Shown piece after piece: positions 1 to 8,530 of a DNA stretch of 64,000 nt (position 1 is its first letter; every line of letters begins with the position of its first letter). The translations under genes and the position numbers were made by a program. The DNA is from an uncultured Thermomicrobia bacterium (GTDB lineage: Bacteria; Chloroflexota; Chloroflexia; Thermomicrobiales; JALYUS01). The DNA lies in contig CALBSO010000059.1 in the NCBI GenBank assembly GCA_937968015.1, positions 14,075 through 78,074 on the forward strand, given 5' to 3'. The notes beneath the pieces were generated by a model. That model had not been told where the DNA came from. It searched no databases and saw nothing but the letters and a program-made list of their open reading frames with translations.

Positions 1-67
1 TCTCATCCGTCGGCTCGAAGAGCCGCTCTTCCTGCAAGACGCGATTAGTGGTCTCGAACTGGAGCAT
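1..67 (-). CDS. 5' end of an unidentified gene running off the left edge (MLQFETTNRVLQEERLFEPTDE...)
   Basis: ATG at 67..65 with AGGAAGGGG about 10 nt upstream on the minus strand. Open to the window edge. Too short to assign a family. Confidence 0.3.
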   Translation of the reverse strand, partial: MLQFETTNRVLQEERLFEPTDE

Positions 68-130
68 CGCGGTAACACCCCTTCCTGATCAGATTCCCGA
101 CAGCCAATGCGGATTTTATCGTACCACCAA

Positions 131-200
131 CGACGAGCAACGAGTAGCGAGGAATGAGTAACGAGAGGCGCCGATCCCAGCCTCGTTCCTCGTTCCTCGC
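131..200. repeat. Heptad-phased hairpin repeat (left arm NNNYGAG x5, right arm CTCGTTC x2+)
   Basis: 131..165 reads CGACGAG CAACGAG TAGCGAG GAATGAG TAACGAG. 182..199 reads CTCGTTC CTCGTTC CTCG. The arms are imperfectly complementary. It lies in a divergent intergenic region. Confidence 0.7.
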
Positions 201-532
201 GGCTTAAAAAGAAGGGGCCGGGCGGGTGGGGACCGCGCCGGCCTGGGGAAGGGGAAGAAGGTATGTTCGTGGTATCGCAGCATCGGTGCCAGGGAGTCCG
301 CGTCGGGCCACTTTGCCGCAGTTCGCGGACTTTTCAGCCTGCTGCCAGGAACATCGCAAATTCGATGCCACCGTACCTTGCTGTTTGCATGCAAATGATC
401 CGGCCGGGTACGCGCGTCGCGAACCGTGTGATGGCGCGGTATGATGATGCCCGGCAGTCGGCAAGTCATGCTCCATCTCTTTCCCTCTTTGTCTTCTCTA
501 TCCGCGGGGTTCGCGTTTTTTGGGAGGCGGCG

Positions 533-1039
533 ATGTGGAGTACGGTAGTCTACGAGCGGTTGCGGGCGGCGGGGATCACGCTCGTTGCGCATGTGCCGGA
601 CAATATCGTCGCACCAATCATCCGCTGCTTTGAGGCGGACGCGGCGGTGACGACCGTCTCCTGCACGCGGGAAGAGGAGGGCGTCGGCATTATCGCGGGC
701 GGCCTCTTGGGCGGAACGCGCGGCGCCCTCCTGATGCAGACGAGCGGCTTCGGCAATTGCCCGAACGCGCTCGGCTCGCTCGTCGTGCCGTACCAGTTGC
801 CGCTCGTCATGGTGATCGCCGGGCGCGGCACGCTCAACGAGTTCAACCCCGCGCAGCGCGGCATGGGCCGAGGTATCACCCGGATGCTCGATGCACTTGA
901 CATCCAACACCACACCCTCGACCGCCCGGACACGCTGGAACAAACCCTGGACTACGCCCTCACCACCGCCTATCTCACGAGTTCCCCAGTCGCCTTCATC
1001 ATCTCATCGCTGCTATCGGGTGGGAAGAGAGAAGCCTGA
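533..1039 (+). CDS. Sulfopyruvate/phosphonopyruvate decarboxylase alpha-subunit-like protein (TPP enzyme N-terminal PYR domain)
   Basis: Starting at the internal Met (MWSTVVYERL...) gives a 168-aa protein. GGGAGG lies 5 nt upstream. TREEEGVGIIAGG...LLMQTSGFGN resembles ComD-type alpha subunits. The annotated longer ORF start at 263 has no support. Confidence 0.7.
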   Translation: MWSTVVYERLRAAGITLVAHVPDNIVAPIIRCFEADAAVTTVSCTREEEGVGIIAGGLLGGTRGALLMQTSGFGNCPNALGSLVVPYQLPLVMVIAGRGTLNEFNPAQRGMGRGITRMLDALDIQHHTLDRPDTLEQTLDYALTTAYLTSSPVAFIISSLLSGGKREA

Positions 1040-1124
1040 CGCGGTGATATGGAGGACCGATGCTCCCGTTGCATGCGCTATGATAGCGACGGAACAGGCG
1101 GGCAGGAAGGAAGGAGCGTCCGGT

Positions 1125-1331
1125 ATGGAGCGGTTGACCGCGCAGCAGCGCTGGATCATCACGGTGGTGGCATTGATTGTCGCGATCGTCTGCCTCGGGG
1201 AGTTCATGTACTGGGTCGCAATCGTCGAGAACCATCCGTGGTTCAAGCACTCGCTCCTCTACGCGGTGCTGGCGATTGGCGGTCTCGCCGTTGCCGCCTA
1301 TGCCTGGCCCCGAACGGCGCGGACGGAGTAA
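1125..1331 (+). CDS. Small two-helix membrane protein, function unknown
   Basis: MERLTAQQRW followed by two hydrophobic stretches (IITVVALIVAIVCL, LLYAVLAIGGLAVAAYA). AAGGAG lies 8 nt upstream. Confidence 0.5.
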   Translation: MERLTAQQRWIITVVALIVAIVCLGEFMYWVAIVENHPWFKHSLLYAVLAIGGLAVAAYAWPRTARTE

Positions 1332-1398
1332 TCATCCGGCGAACGGACGCCTGTCTGGCGGAAGCGGCACGCCTCATCTTCCGGGAGGAGGATTCGTC

Positions 1399-1896
1399 AT
1401 GAAAACCGATCTGATCCGCACCTTCTATGACTACAACACCTGGGCGAACGAGCGCATCCTGACGGCGTGCGCCGGGTTGAGCGACGCGCAGTTCGTCGCG
1501 GCGGGCAGCGCCAGTTTTTCCTCGATCCGCGACACACTCGTGCATACGATGTGGGCGCAGTGGAACTGGCTCTTGCGCTGGCGCGGTGAACCGAATCCAC
1601 CCCGCTTCGACCCGGCTGAGTACCCCGATGTCGCGGCGGTGCGGACGTGCTGGGCTGAGATAGACCGCGCGACGCATGCCTTCGTCGCGCGGGTGGATGA
1701 GGCGGCGCTCGACGCTGTTTGCCGCTATGTGAACAGCCGCAACGAGCCGATGGCGTACCCCCTCTGGCAACAGATGCTCCATCAGGTCAACCACGGCACG
1801 CAGCATCGCAGCGAGATCGCCGTTATCCTCACCGAATATGACCATTCCCCCGGCTGGATGGACTTCATTGTCTATCTTGACTCGCGAAAGCCTTGA
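1399..1896 (+). CDS. DinB-family (DinB_2-like) metal-dependent four-helix-bundle protein
   Basis: YNTWANERIL...IRDTLVHTMWAQWNW...QMLHQVNHGTQHRSEI carries the DinB His triad pattern. GGGAGGAGG precedes the ATG. Confidence 0.8.
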   Translation: MKTDLIRTFYDYNTWANERILTACAGLSDAQFVAAGSASFSSIRDTLVHTMWAQWNWLLRWRGEPNPPRFDPAEYPDVAAVRTCWAEIDRATHAFVARVDEAALDAVCRYVNSRNEPMAYPLWQQMLHQVNHGTQHRSEIAVILTEYDHSPGWMDFIVYLDSRKP

Positions 1897-1930
1897 GTCC
1901 GCTTGTCGGCCTCCGCGCAACGTGATACAT

Positions 1931-1951
1931 TGTGGTCACAGGGTGGTCACA
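1931..1951 (+). promoter_or_regulatory. Possible antitoxin operator: GTGGTCACA direct repeat spaced 11 nt apart
   Basis: TGTGGTCACA at 1931..1940 and GTGGTCACA at 1943..1951. Each is a near-palindrome (TGTG-NN-CACA). It lies immediately upstream of the antitoxin RBS. Confidence 0.35.
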
Positions 1952-1965
1952 ATGGAGGTGCTGTC

Positions 1966-2226
1966 ATGCGACACGTTGGTGTGCGAGAGTTCCGGGACAA
2001 GGCAACGACATATCTCTCCGGAGACGAGGTGCTCTCTGTAGAAAAGCATGGGAAGCCAATTGGGTTTTATGTTCCTGCTCCGAAGGCAAATCCTGAGGAG
2101 ACGCAGGAAGCCTTAGCGCGATTCAATGCGGCGGTTAAGCGTCTGCTCGATGAAAGTGGAATGACCCAAGAGGAACTTGCTGACTTCTTGGATCTTACGA
2201 AACCGTTCGATGCGTCTCGTCGTTGA
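1966..2226 (+). CDS. Phd/YefM-type type II antitoxin
   Basis: MRHVGVREFRDKATTYLSGDEVLSVEKHGKPIGFYVP is the typical Phd/YefM N-terminus. GGAGG lies 7 nt upstream. Local GC is clearly lower than the surroundings. Confidence 0.7.
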   Translation: MRHVGVREFRDKATTYLSGDEVLSVEKHGKPIGFYVPAPKANPEETQEALARFNAAVKRLLDESGMTQEELADFLDLTKPFDASRR

Positions 2227-2379
2227 CGCGAACGTACTCGTGTCGGAACTCTTGCGCTCACGTATGGCGCGAACGAAGCGGATATCTGGACGAGTGATGC
2301 GGACTTTCTCGGCTGTGGGATAGCGACGTGGACGACCGATACACTGTTGGCACATCTCGCTTACGTGGGGGCGAAGTAG
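2210..2379 (+). pseudogene. Remnant of a PIN-domain toxin (N-terminus and C-terminus only, frameshifted, about 80 codons missing)
   Basis: ATG 2210 overlaps the antitoxin end and reads MRLVVDANVLVSELLR (PIN N-terminal acidic motif), then stops at 2317. Another frame reads ...EADIWTSDADFLGCGIATWTTDTLLAHLAYVGAK* ending at 2379 (PIN C-terminal motif). The 170-nt total is far too short for a PIN domain. Confidence 0.55.
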
Positions 2380-2390
2380 TGACTGAGACA

Positions 2391-2948
2391 ATGAACCGGC
2401 TGGGCCTGACGCGGCGGGTGCTGGCGCATCTAACGGATGAGGCGGTCTTCGCCGGGATCGGCAACGCCGGGTTCGATCTGTTCGCCGCCGGTGATCGCCC
2501 CCAGAACTTCTACATGTTCGGCTCGATGGGGCTCGCGTCATCACTCGGGCTGGGCTACGCGCTCGCGCGGCCTGCCGAGCGCGTCGTCGTGCTGGAGGGC
2601 GAGGGGAGTGTGCTGATGAACCTCGGCTCCCTGGCGACCGTCGCCCGCATGCGGCCACGCGGATACCTGCTGGTCATCATGGATAACGGGACGTACGCGC
2701 TCACCGGCTCGCAGCGGAACGCGGCCGCCGAGATGACCGATATGGCGACGATCGCCCGTGGTGCGGGCATCCCGCATATCGCGACACCGCAGACCGCCGA
2801 GGCGTTCGAGCGGGCGGTCGTGGACGCGCTCGGCAGCGATGGCCCGGCGGTGATCGTCGTCAAGATCGCGGATGGCAACAGCGCGGTGCGGCACGAGTGG
2901 GACCCGGTGCAACTGAAGCATCGCTTCGTGGCGGGGGTGGCGCGATGA
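2391..2948 (+). CDS. Sulfopyruvate/phosphonopyruvate decarboxylase beta-subunit-like protein (TPP-binding PP domain)
   Basis: GSMGLASSLGLGYALA...VVVLEGEGSVLMNLGSLATV...IMDNGTYALTG carries the TPP GDG-x-N-like motif. Start taken at ATG 2391; GTG 2379 is an alternative. The track start 2328 lies inside the PIN remnant. Confidence 0.7.
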   Translation: MNRLGLTRRVLAHLTDEAVFAGIGNAGFDLFAAGDRPQNFYMFGSMGLASSLGLGYALARPAERVVVLEGEGSVLMNLGSLATVARMRPRGYLLVIMDNGTYALTGSQRNAAAEMTDMATIARGAGIPHIATPQTAEAFERAVVDALGSDGPAVIVVKIADGNSAVRHEWDPVQLKHRFVAGVAR

Positions 2949-3094
2949 CAATCATCAACCGGCGCGAGGTCGAGCCGGAGGGGTCGCGCCTATCCCCAGT
3001 GGTAAGGTATGCTTAGCCCCCGCGCGGTTTTTCGCGATCCGTGTGCGACATACACACTGCGGCGATACTGGGTTTGGATAGGAGGAACGCGGCG

Positions 3095-4141
3095 ATGGTA
3101 GTCAAGGTCGGTATCAACGGCTTCGGTCGGATCGGGCGGCAGGTCTTCAAGACAATCTATGGCGGATACGGGCCGGACGATGAGAATCCGGACGGGTTGC
3201 TGCAAGTCGTCGCGGTCAACGATCTGATGGACCTCCATACGATCGCCCACCTCTACAAGTACGATTCCACCTACGGCATCTCCGAGGAAGAGATCGAAGT
3301 CAGCGACCGCGATTTGATCGTGGATGGCAGCCCGGTGCATGTCTTCAGCGAGCGCGATCCCGGCGCGATCCCGTGGCGCGATTACGGCGTAGACATCGTC
3401 ATCGAATCTACCGGCTTCTTCACGGACGCCAACAAGGCGAAGGCGCACATGGACGGCGGCGCGAAGAAGGTCATTATCTCCGCCCCCGCCACCAATGAGG
3501 ACGTCACGCTCGTCCTTGGCGTCAACCAGGAGAAATACGACCCCGCGCAGCACAACGTCATCTCCAATGGTTCCTGCACGACGAACTGCATCGCGCCGAC
3601 CGCGAAGGTGCTGCTCGATACCTTCGGGATCGTCAAAGGCACGATGGTCACCGTCCATTCGTACACGAGCGATCAGATCCTCCTCGATGGCCCGCACAAG
3701 GACCTCCGCCGTGCCCGGAGCGCCGGGCAGAATATTATCCCGACGACGACCGGCGCTGCCCGTGCGCTCTCGCTCGTCATCCCCGAACTGAAGGGCAAAC
3801 TGGATGGCTACGCGCTCCGCGTCCCGACACCAACCGTCTCCATCCTCGACCTGACCGTCGAGACCGAGAAGAACACGAGCGTTGAGGAAGTGAACAATGC
3901 CTTTCAACAGGCGGCGGACAACGAAGAGAGTCCGCTGTTCGGCATTCTTGGCTACAGCGACGAGCCGCTCGTTTCGATGGATTACAAGCAGGATGATCGC
4001 TCCGCCATCCTCGACAGCCTCTCGACGATCGTCGTCGGCGGCAATATGGTGAAGGTCGTCGCATGGTATGACAACGAGTGGGGCTACTCCTGCCGCCTCG
4101 CTGACCTGACGAACATGATCGCGGAAAAGGGCGGCTGGTAG
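3095..4141 (+). CDS. gap: Glyceraldehyde-3-phosphate dehydrogenase, type I
   Basis: [24 protein letters not shown] active-site motif, [14 protein letters not shown] lies upstream of ATG 3095. Confidence 0.95.
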   Translation: MVVKVGINGFGRIGRQVFKTIYGGYGPDDENPDGLLQVVAVNDLMDLHTIAHLYKYDSTYGISEEEIEVSDRDLIVDGSPVHVFSERDPGAIPWRDYGVDIVIESTGFFTDANKAKAHMDGGAKKVIISAPATNEDVTLVLGVNQEKYDPAQHNVISNGSCTTNCIAPTAKVLLDTFGIVKGTMVTVHSYTSDQILLDGPHKDLRRARSAGQNIIPTTTGAARALSLVIPELKGKLDGYALRVPTPTVSILDLTVETEKNTSVEEVNNAFQQAADNEESPLFGILGYSDEPLVSMDYKQDDRSAILDSLSTIVVGGNMVKVVAWYDNEWGYSCRLADLTNMIAEKGGW

Positions 4142-4146
4142 ATTTA

Positions 4147-4304
4147 CCTAACCCCCACTGCCCATGCTGCCCATGCTGCCCAGAGGGCGCCCGCGCCCGC
4201 ACCCGCCTTCCCGAAAAGGAAGGGAGAGAACGACAGCATTCCCGTAGGGGCGGTTGGTGAGCCGCCCGGTTTCCCTTCCCTTTAGGGAGGGGGTAGAGGG
4301 TAGG
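4147..4304. repeat. C-rich/G-rich terminal-inverted-repeat element (CCTAACCCCC...GGGTAGAGGGTAGG) filling the gap-pgk spacer
   Basis: Starts 6 nt after the gap stop and ends 5 nt before the pgk ATG. Contains CTGCCCATG x2, the 25-mer CTGCCCAGAGGGCGCCCGCGCCCGC (4176..4200), and internal hairpins (GCCTTCCC-GAAAA-GGAAGGGAG; CCCTTCCCTTTAGGGAGGGGG). Confidence 0.75.
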
Positions 4305-4308
4305 ATGT

Positions 4309-5541
4309 ATGGCGATCACGAAGCAGACGATCCGCGATATTCCGCCCGCCGACCTCACGGGGAGGCGGGCGCTGGTGCGGGTGGATTTCAATGTGCCCCT
4401 CAATGATGGCGTCGTCGGGGACACGACGCGGATCACGGCGGCGATCCCGACGATCTGCTTCCTGCTCGGGGCGGGCGCGGTCGTCGTGCTCATCTCCCAC
4501 CTCGGTCGTCCCAAGGGGAAGGTGGACCCTAAACAGAGTCTGAAACCCATCGCACCCGCGCTCGTGGAGCACCTCGGTATGCCGGTGCGGTTCGTGCCCG
4601 CATGTGTCGGGGAGGAAGCGGAAGCGGCGGTGCGGGCGGCGAAGCCGGGCGATGTGCTCCTGCTGGAGAATCTGCGCTTTCACGCCGAAGAAGAGGCGAA
4701 TGATCCCGATTTCGCCGCGCAACTCGCCAAACTGGGCGATCTCTATGTCAATGACGCCTTCGGCGCCGCGCATCGCGCCCATGCGAGTACGGAAGGCGTC
4801 GCGCATCTCCTGCCCGCCTATGCCGGTCTGCTGATGGAGAAAGAACTGGACGCGCTCGGCGGCCTGCTGGCGGGGGCGAAGCGCCCGTTTATCGTCGTCC
4901 TCGGCGGCGCGAAGATCTCGGACAAAATCGGCGTGATCGAGCATCTGATGGGCAAGGTGGACGGCTTCTGCATTGGCGGAGGGATGGCGAACACCTTCCT
5001 GCTCGCGCAGAACTATACCGTCGGCACATCGCTCGTTGAGCAGGACGCCGTGGCGACCGCACACGACATGCTCGCGCGTACCTCGACGCGCCGCGTCGGC
5101 CTGCACGTCCCGACGGACGCCGTCGTCTCAACGCAGAGCGCGAAGGAACTGCTCGGCGATCATGCGCCGGAGCCGGTGACGCGCACGGTTCGGATTGACG
5201 AAGTCGGCCCGGACGACGCGATCTATGACATCGGCCCGATGACCGCGTCCTACTACCGCAGTGTGGTGAAGGGCGCGCGTACCGTGTTTTGGAACGGCCC
5301 GATGGGCATGTTTGAAGTTCCCGCCTTCGCCCGAGGGACGATTGCCCTCGCCCACGCCGTCGCGGACGCATCGGCGAAGGGGACGGTGAGCGTCGTCGGC
5401 GGTGGGGATTCGGTCGCCGCCATTGAAGAAGCGGGCGTCGCTGACAAGATCACTCACGTCTCGACCGGCGGCGGCGCGTCATTGGAATTCCTCGAAGGCA
5501 AGACGTTGCCCGGCGTCGCAGCACTGAAAGAGAAGCAATGA
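4309..5541 (+). CDS. pgk: Phosphoglycerate kinase
   Basis: RVDFNVPL, SHLGRPKG and the full 410-aa architecture. Confidence 0.95.
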   Translation: MAITKQTIRDIPPADLTGRRALVRVDFNVPLNDGVVGDTTRITAAIPTICFLLGAGAVVVLISHLGRPKGKVDPKQSLKPIAPALVEHLGMPVRFVPACVGEEAEAAVRAAKPGDVLLLENLRFHAEEEANDPDFAAQLAKLGDLYVNDAFGAAHRAHASTEGVAHLLPAYAGLLMEKELDALGGLLAGAKRPFIVVLGGAKISDKIGVIEHLMGKVDGFCIGGGMANTFLLAQNYTVGTSLVEQDAVATAHDMLARTSTRRVGLHVPTDAVVSTQSAKELLGDHAPEPVTRTVRIDEVGPDDAIYDIGPMTASYYRSVVKGARTVFWNGPMGMFEVPAFARGTIALAHAVADASAKGTVSVVGGGDSVAAIEEAGVADKITHVSTGGGASLEFLEGKTLPGVAALKEKQ

Positions 5542-5600
5542 GCAACGAGCAATGAGCAATGAGACAGCGCATACCTACTCGTTGCTCATTGCTCGTTGCT
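5534..5600. repeat. Heptad-phased hairpin (AGCAATG/AGCAACG x4 versus complement), pgk-tpiA spacer
   Basis: Left arm 5534..5563, right arm 5575..5600. About 22 bp pair with a single T/C difference. The left arm contains the pgk stop codon. No T-tract follows. Confidence 0.8.
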
Positions 5601-5622
5601 GAAGTGAACGGAGTGAGCGCTC

Positions 5623-6381
5623 ATGCGGATGCCAATCATCGCGGGGAACTGGAAGATGCATACGACCTACGACGGCGCGATGGACCTCGTCGAGGCGCTG
5701 ATGGACGAACTCGACAATGTCGAAGGCGCGGAGATCGTGCTCTGTCCGCCCTTCCCGTGGCTGCTCGCCGTCGCGGAGTATCTGGAGGAGACGCCGATCC
5801 TGCTCGGAGCGCAGGATTGCTACTGGGCCGACGAGGGTGCGTTCACAGGCGAGGTCTCCGCGCTGATGCTCAAGGACCTCGCGCGGTACTGTATCGTCGG
5901 CCACTCCGAGCGGCGCGCACTCTTCGGTGAGACGGATGAGTGGGTGAACAAGAAGGTCCACGCACTCCTCGGACATGGCATCCGGCCGATTTGCTGCATC
6001 GGCGAGCGGTTGGAGGAGCGCGAGGCGGGCCGGACAGACCTCTTCGTCACGAGTCAGGTACGCGCGGCGTTCGCGGGCGTCTCCACGGAGGATGTCCTCA
6101 ACGTCGTCGTCGCCTACGAACCGATTTGGGCAATCGGCACAGGCCGCGCGGCGACCGCCGAGGAAGCGAATCGGGTCTGTGGCCTGATTCGCGATGAGAT
6201 CAGGACGCTCTACGGCGGCCCGACCGCCGAAGCCCTCCGCATCCAATATGGCGGCAGCGTCTCCGGCCGTAACGCCGCCGAACTGATGGCGCAACCAGAA
6301 ATTGACGGCGCGCTCGTCGGCGGTGCGAGCCTGCGGGCGGACGAGTTCGCGGCGATCGTGCGCGCGGCGGCCGAGGGATAG
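5623..6381 (+). CDS. tpiA: Triosephosphate isomerase
   Basis: IIAGNWKMH, VGHSERR, AYEPIWAIGTG. Confidence 0.95.
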   Translation: MRMPIIAGNWKMHTTYDGAMDLVEALMDELDNVEGAEIVLCPPFPWLLAVAEYLEETPILLGAQDCYWADEGAFTGEVSALMLKDLARYCIVGHSERRALFGETDEWVNKKVHALLGHGIRPICCIGERLEEREAGRTDLFVTSQVRAAFAGVSTEDVLNVVVAYEPIWAIGTGRAATAEEANRVCGLIRDEIRTLYGGPTAEALRIQYGGSVSGRNAAELMAQPEIDGALVGGASLRADEFAAIVRAAAEG

Positions 6382-6441
6382 GCAAGAAAGAGGGAGCGGC
6401 ATGTACCGCTCCCTCTTTCGCTGTGGTGAACTGAGGCGGGG

Positions 6442-7023
6442 TTATCCGTCACCCAACCGGCGGATGAAGTGTGAGCCGGGTGTCGCAGCCGGCGCCGGGG
6501 CGGGCGCTGGTGTGGGGGTCGGAGCCGGAGCGGCGAGGAAGGGCATCACCATCGCCAGCACCTCGTCCGGCGTCCGTCCCTTCGCCACCGCGTCCGGCGC
6601 GGGCGCTAAGCCCTGCAAATCCCGGAAGATCGAGGCGTGCTCCGCCTCTACCGCGTGGATTGTCACCGCTGCCGTCAAGAGGTCCCGGCTCTGGATATAT
6701 CCCGCCGCGCCCAGGTAGGCTGACGCGCCCAGGTCCTCCACCATTGTCACTACCGCGATCAACTGATCCCGGTTCGTGATTGGCCCCGCCGCAGCGAAGT
6801 TGTACGACGTCGGCTGCGTGACCGGTGTGCCGCCCAACTGGCCGATCACCTGCGTCAGCGTATCTACATGCGCCTGCTCCTGCGCCCCGAAGGTCGTCAG
6901 GTACTGCGCCTCGACGCCTGTCAGAAGATTCGCGCCGATCAGCACCTTGTACAGGGCCGCCTCGAACTGCTCCAAGGTCAGCGCGTAATTAAGGACATCA
7001 ATGTCATTGTTGAACGTAACCAT
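6442..7023 (-). CDS. Ferritin-like domain protein (Ferritin_2-type) with an AP-rich C-terminal tail
   Basis: DIDVLNYALTLEQFEAALY...QEQAHVDTL...AVEAEHAS gives ferritin-like diiron-type helices. It is a paralog of the next gene. Confidence 0.6.
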   Translation of the reverse strand: MVTFNNDIDVLNYALTLEQFEAALYKVLIGANLLTGVEAQYLTTFGAQEQAHVDTLTQVIGQLGGTPVTQPTSYNFAAAGPITNRDQLIAVVTMVEDLGASAYLGAAGYIQSRDLLTAAVTIHAVEAEHASIFRDLQGLAPAPDAVAKGRTPDEVLAMVMPFLAAPAPTPTPAPAPAPAATPGSHFIRRLGDG

Positions 7024-7044
7024 TGTCGTCTCGTTCTCCCTTCG

Positions 7045-7665
7045 TTATGCGCCGAGGATCGGCCCGGCAGCAGCGAGCACCATGTCCGGTGTCAGCGCCT
7101 TCTCGAATGCGGTTGGCACGGGCGCCATGCCGTCCTGCCGCCGCAGGATCGCCGTGTGGCGCGCCTCCACCTGCTGGATGCCGCCCGCGACAGTCAGGAT
7201 GCCTTTGTCTTTGATGAACTGCGCCGCGCCACTGTACGCGCCAACGCCCGTCTCTTCCAGCACGCGTAGGAAGTCAATGATCGTGTGCTCATCGGTGTAG
7301 GCGGGGAAGTTGTAGTGCGCCTGCTCGGCCACCGGCGTCTGGCCCGCCTGCTGCAGTGCGCCCGTAATCAGGACGACATGCTGGTGCTCCTGATCGCCGA
7401 ACATCTGCGCGTACTGCTGGTTCTTGCCGGTCAGTTTGCCGCTGGCGATCGCTTGGCGGTAGGCGACATCCTCGAGATGCTCCAGCGTGAGGGCGAAGTT
7501 GAGGATGGCGAAGTCGTCGGGGAGGTTGGCGGCGAGCGCCTGCGCCTCGGAGAAGGCGATGCTGCTGATCGGCATCGCCGCGAGCGCCGCCGCGCCGAGC
7601 GCCCCCTTCAGCAGTGAGCGGCGGGAAAGTTCCCCGTGTACGATGCGTAAAATGCGATCTTCCAC
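7045..7665 (-). CDS. Ferritin-like domain protein with a twin-arginine signal
   Basis: SRRSLLKGALGAAALAA Tat-type signal, then DFAILNFALTLEHLEDVAY...DQEHQHVVL...QVEARHTA. Confidence 0.6.
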   Translation of the reverse strand: MEDRILRIVHGELSRRSLLKGALGAAALAAMPISSIAFSEAQALAANLPDDFAILNFALTLEHLEDVAYRQAIASGKLTGKNQQYAQMFGDQEHQHVVLITGALQQAGQTPVAEQAHYNFPAYTDEHTIIDFLRVLEETGVGAYSGAAQFIKDKGILTVAGGIQQVEARHTAILRRQDGMAPVPTAFEKALTPDMVLAAAGPILGA

Positions 7666-7842
7666 GATCCAGATGCTCCTTCCTCATATTGAGGACTACA
7701 AATCCGATGACGGGCCGGGTATCAACCCGTCGTTTCGACCCTACCCTGAGTACGCAACGCATATGGGATCGGATCAGCCATATGCCGACAACGATCCCTG
7801 TTCCCTAGTCGCCACGCATCGCAATCAAGCGGCATCTATCGG

Positions 7843-7848
7843 TATAAT
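7843..7848 (+). promoter_or_regulatory. Perfect TATAAT hexamer upstream of the ECF sigma gene (candidate -10 box)
   Basis: GGTATAATGG in a locally AT-richer stretch, 30-85 nt upstream of the candidate starts. No convincing -35 box was seen. Confidence 0.3.
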
Positions 7849-7930
7849 GGAGATCCGGGTTCTTTCGCTCGGCTGAATGATTTCGGCAATGATCCGCGCT
7901 CGCGGGGTTTTCCGTACGGTTAGGAAGAGC

Positions 7931-8530
7931 ATGGCGGCGGACGAGAACAGGGATCAGGACGTGGACGCCGCGATTCTTCGTCAGATCGCGGGTCGCGATC
8001 CGCGCGGGGTCGAATTGCTCTATGATCGGTATAGTGGGGTAGCCTTCGCGCTCGCGTACCGTCTGCTCGGCGAGCGCGGCAGCGCGGAGGACGTGGTACA
8101 AGAAGCGTTCCTCAATGTCTGGCGACAAGGCGCGACGTATGACACCCGCCGCGGGACGGTTCGGACCTGGCTGCTGACGATCGTGCATCACCGCGCGATT
8201 GACCAGATGCGCAGTGTGCGGTCGAAAGCGGGCGCGGATACGGTCATTGATGGCGCGATGCCGCTGCCTGCCAAAGAGGATACATGGACGGAAGTGGTGC
8301 GCGGTTTGGAACACGAGCGAGTACGGCAGGCGATGGCAACCTTGCCGCCCGAGCAACGGCAGGTGGTGGATCTGGCGTATTACGGCGGATTCACTCATAC
8401 CGAGATCGCGCAGCGGGTCGGAATCCCCCTCGGGACGGTCAAAGGGCGCATGCGTCTGGCGCTCGACAAGTTACGCGATCTGCTGCATGTACCGGACACC
8501 GTAGATGAGGGAATGGAGCGCGCACGGTGA
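7931..8530 (+). CDS. ECF (group 4) sigma-70 family factor
   Basis: Region 2 (DVVQEAFLNVW) and region 4 (LPPEQRQVVDLAYYGGFTHTEIAQRVGIPLGTVKGRM). Start chosen at ATG 7931 (AGGAAG upstream); 7877 is also possible. Confidence 0.85.
   Translation: MAADENRDQDVDAAILRQIAGRDPRGVELLYDRYSGVAFALAYRLLGERGSAEDVVQEAFLNVWRQGATYDTRRGTVRTWLLTIVHHRAIDQMRSVRSKAGADTVIDGAMPLPAKEDTWTEVVRGLEHERVRQAMATLPPEQRQVVDLAYYGGFTHTEIAQRVGIPLGTVKGRMRLALDKLRDLLHVPDTVDEGMERAR

Noticed and set aside
501-526. CGCGGGGTTCGCG followed by TTTTTT just upstream of the comD-like RBS, considered as an attenuator or terminator
   Set aside because: Only a 4-bp stem can form. The T-run is notable in this GC background, but the structure is too weak to call.
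116-943. 275-aa minus-strand ORF, and the 263 start of the plus-strand ORF
   Set aside because: The minus ORF overlaps the comD-like gene in antisense. The plus ORF upstream of 533 has no homology-like pattern or RBS. The internal Met with GGGAGG upstream fits the subunit length.
2328-2390. ATG 2328 as the start of the comE-like gene
   Set aside because: These codons run through the PIN-toxin remnant in a different frame context. ATG 2391 (or GTG 2379) matches the expected subunit N-terminus.
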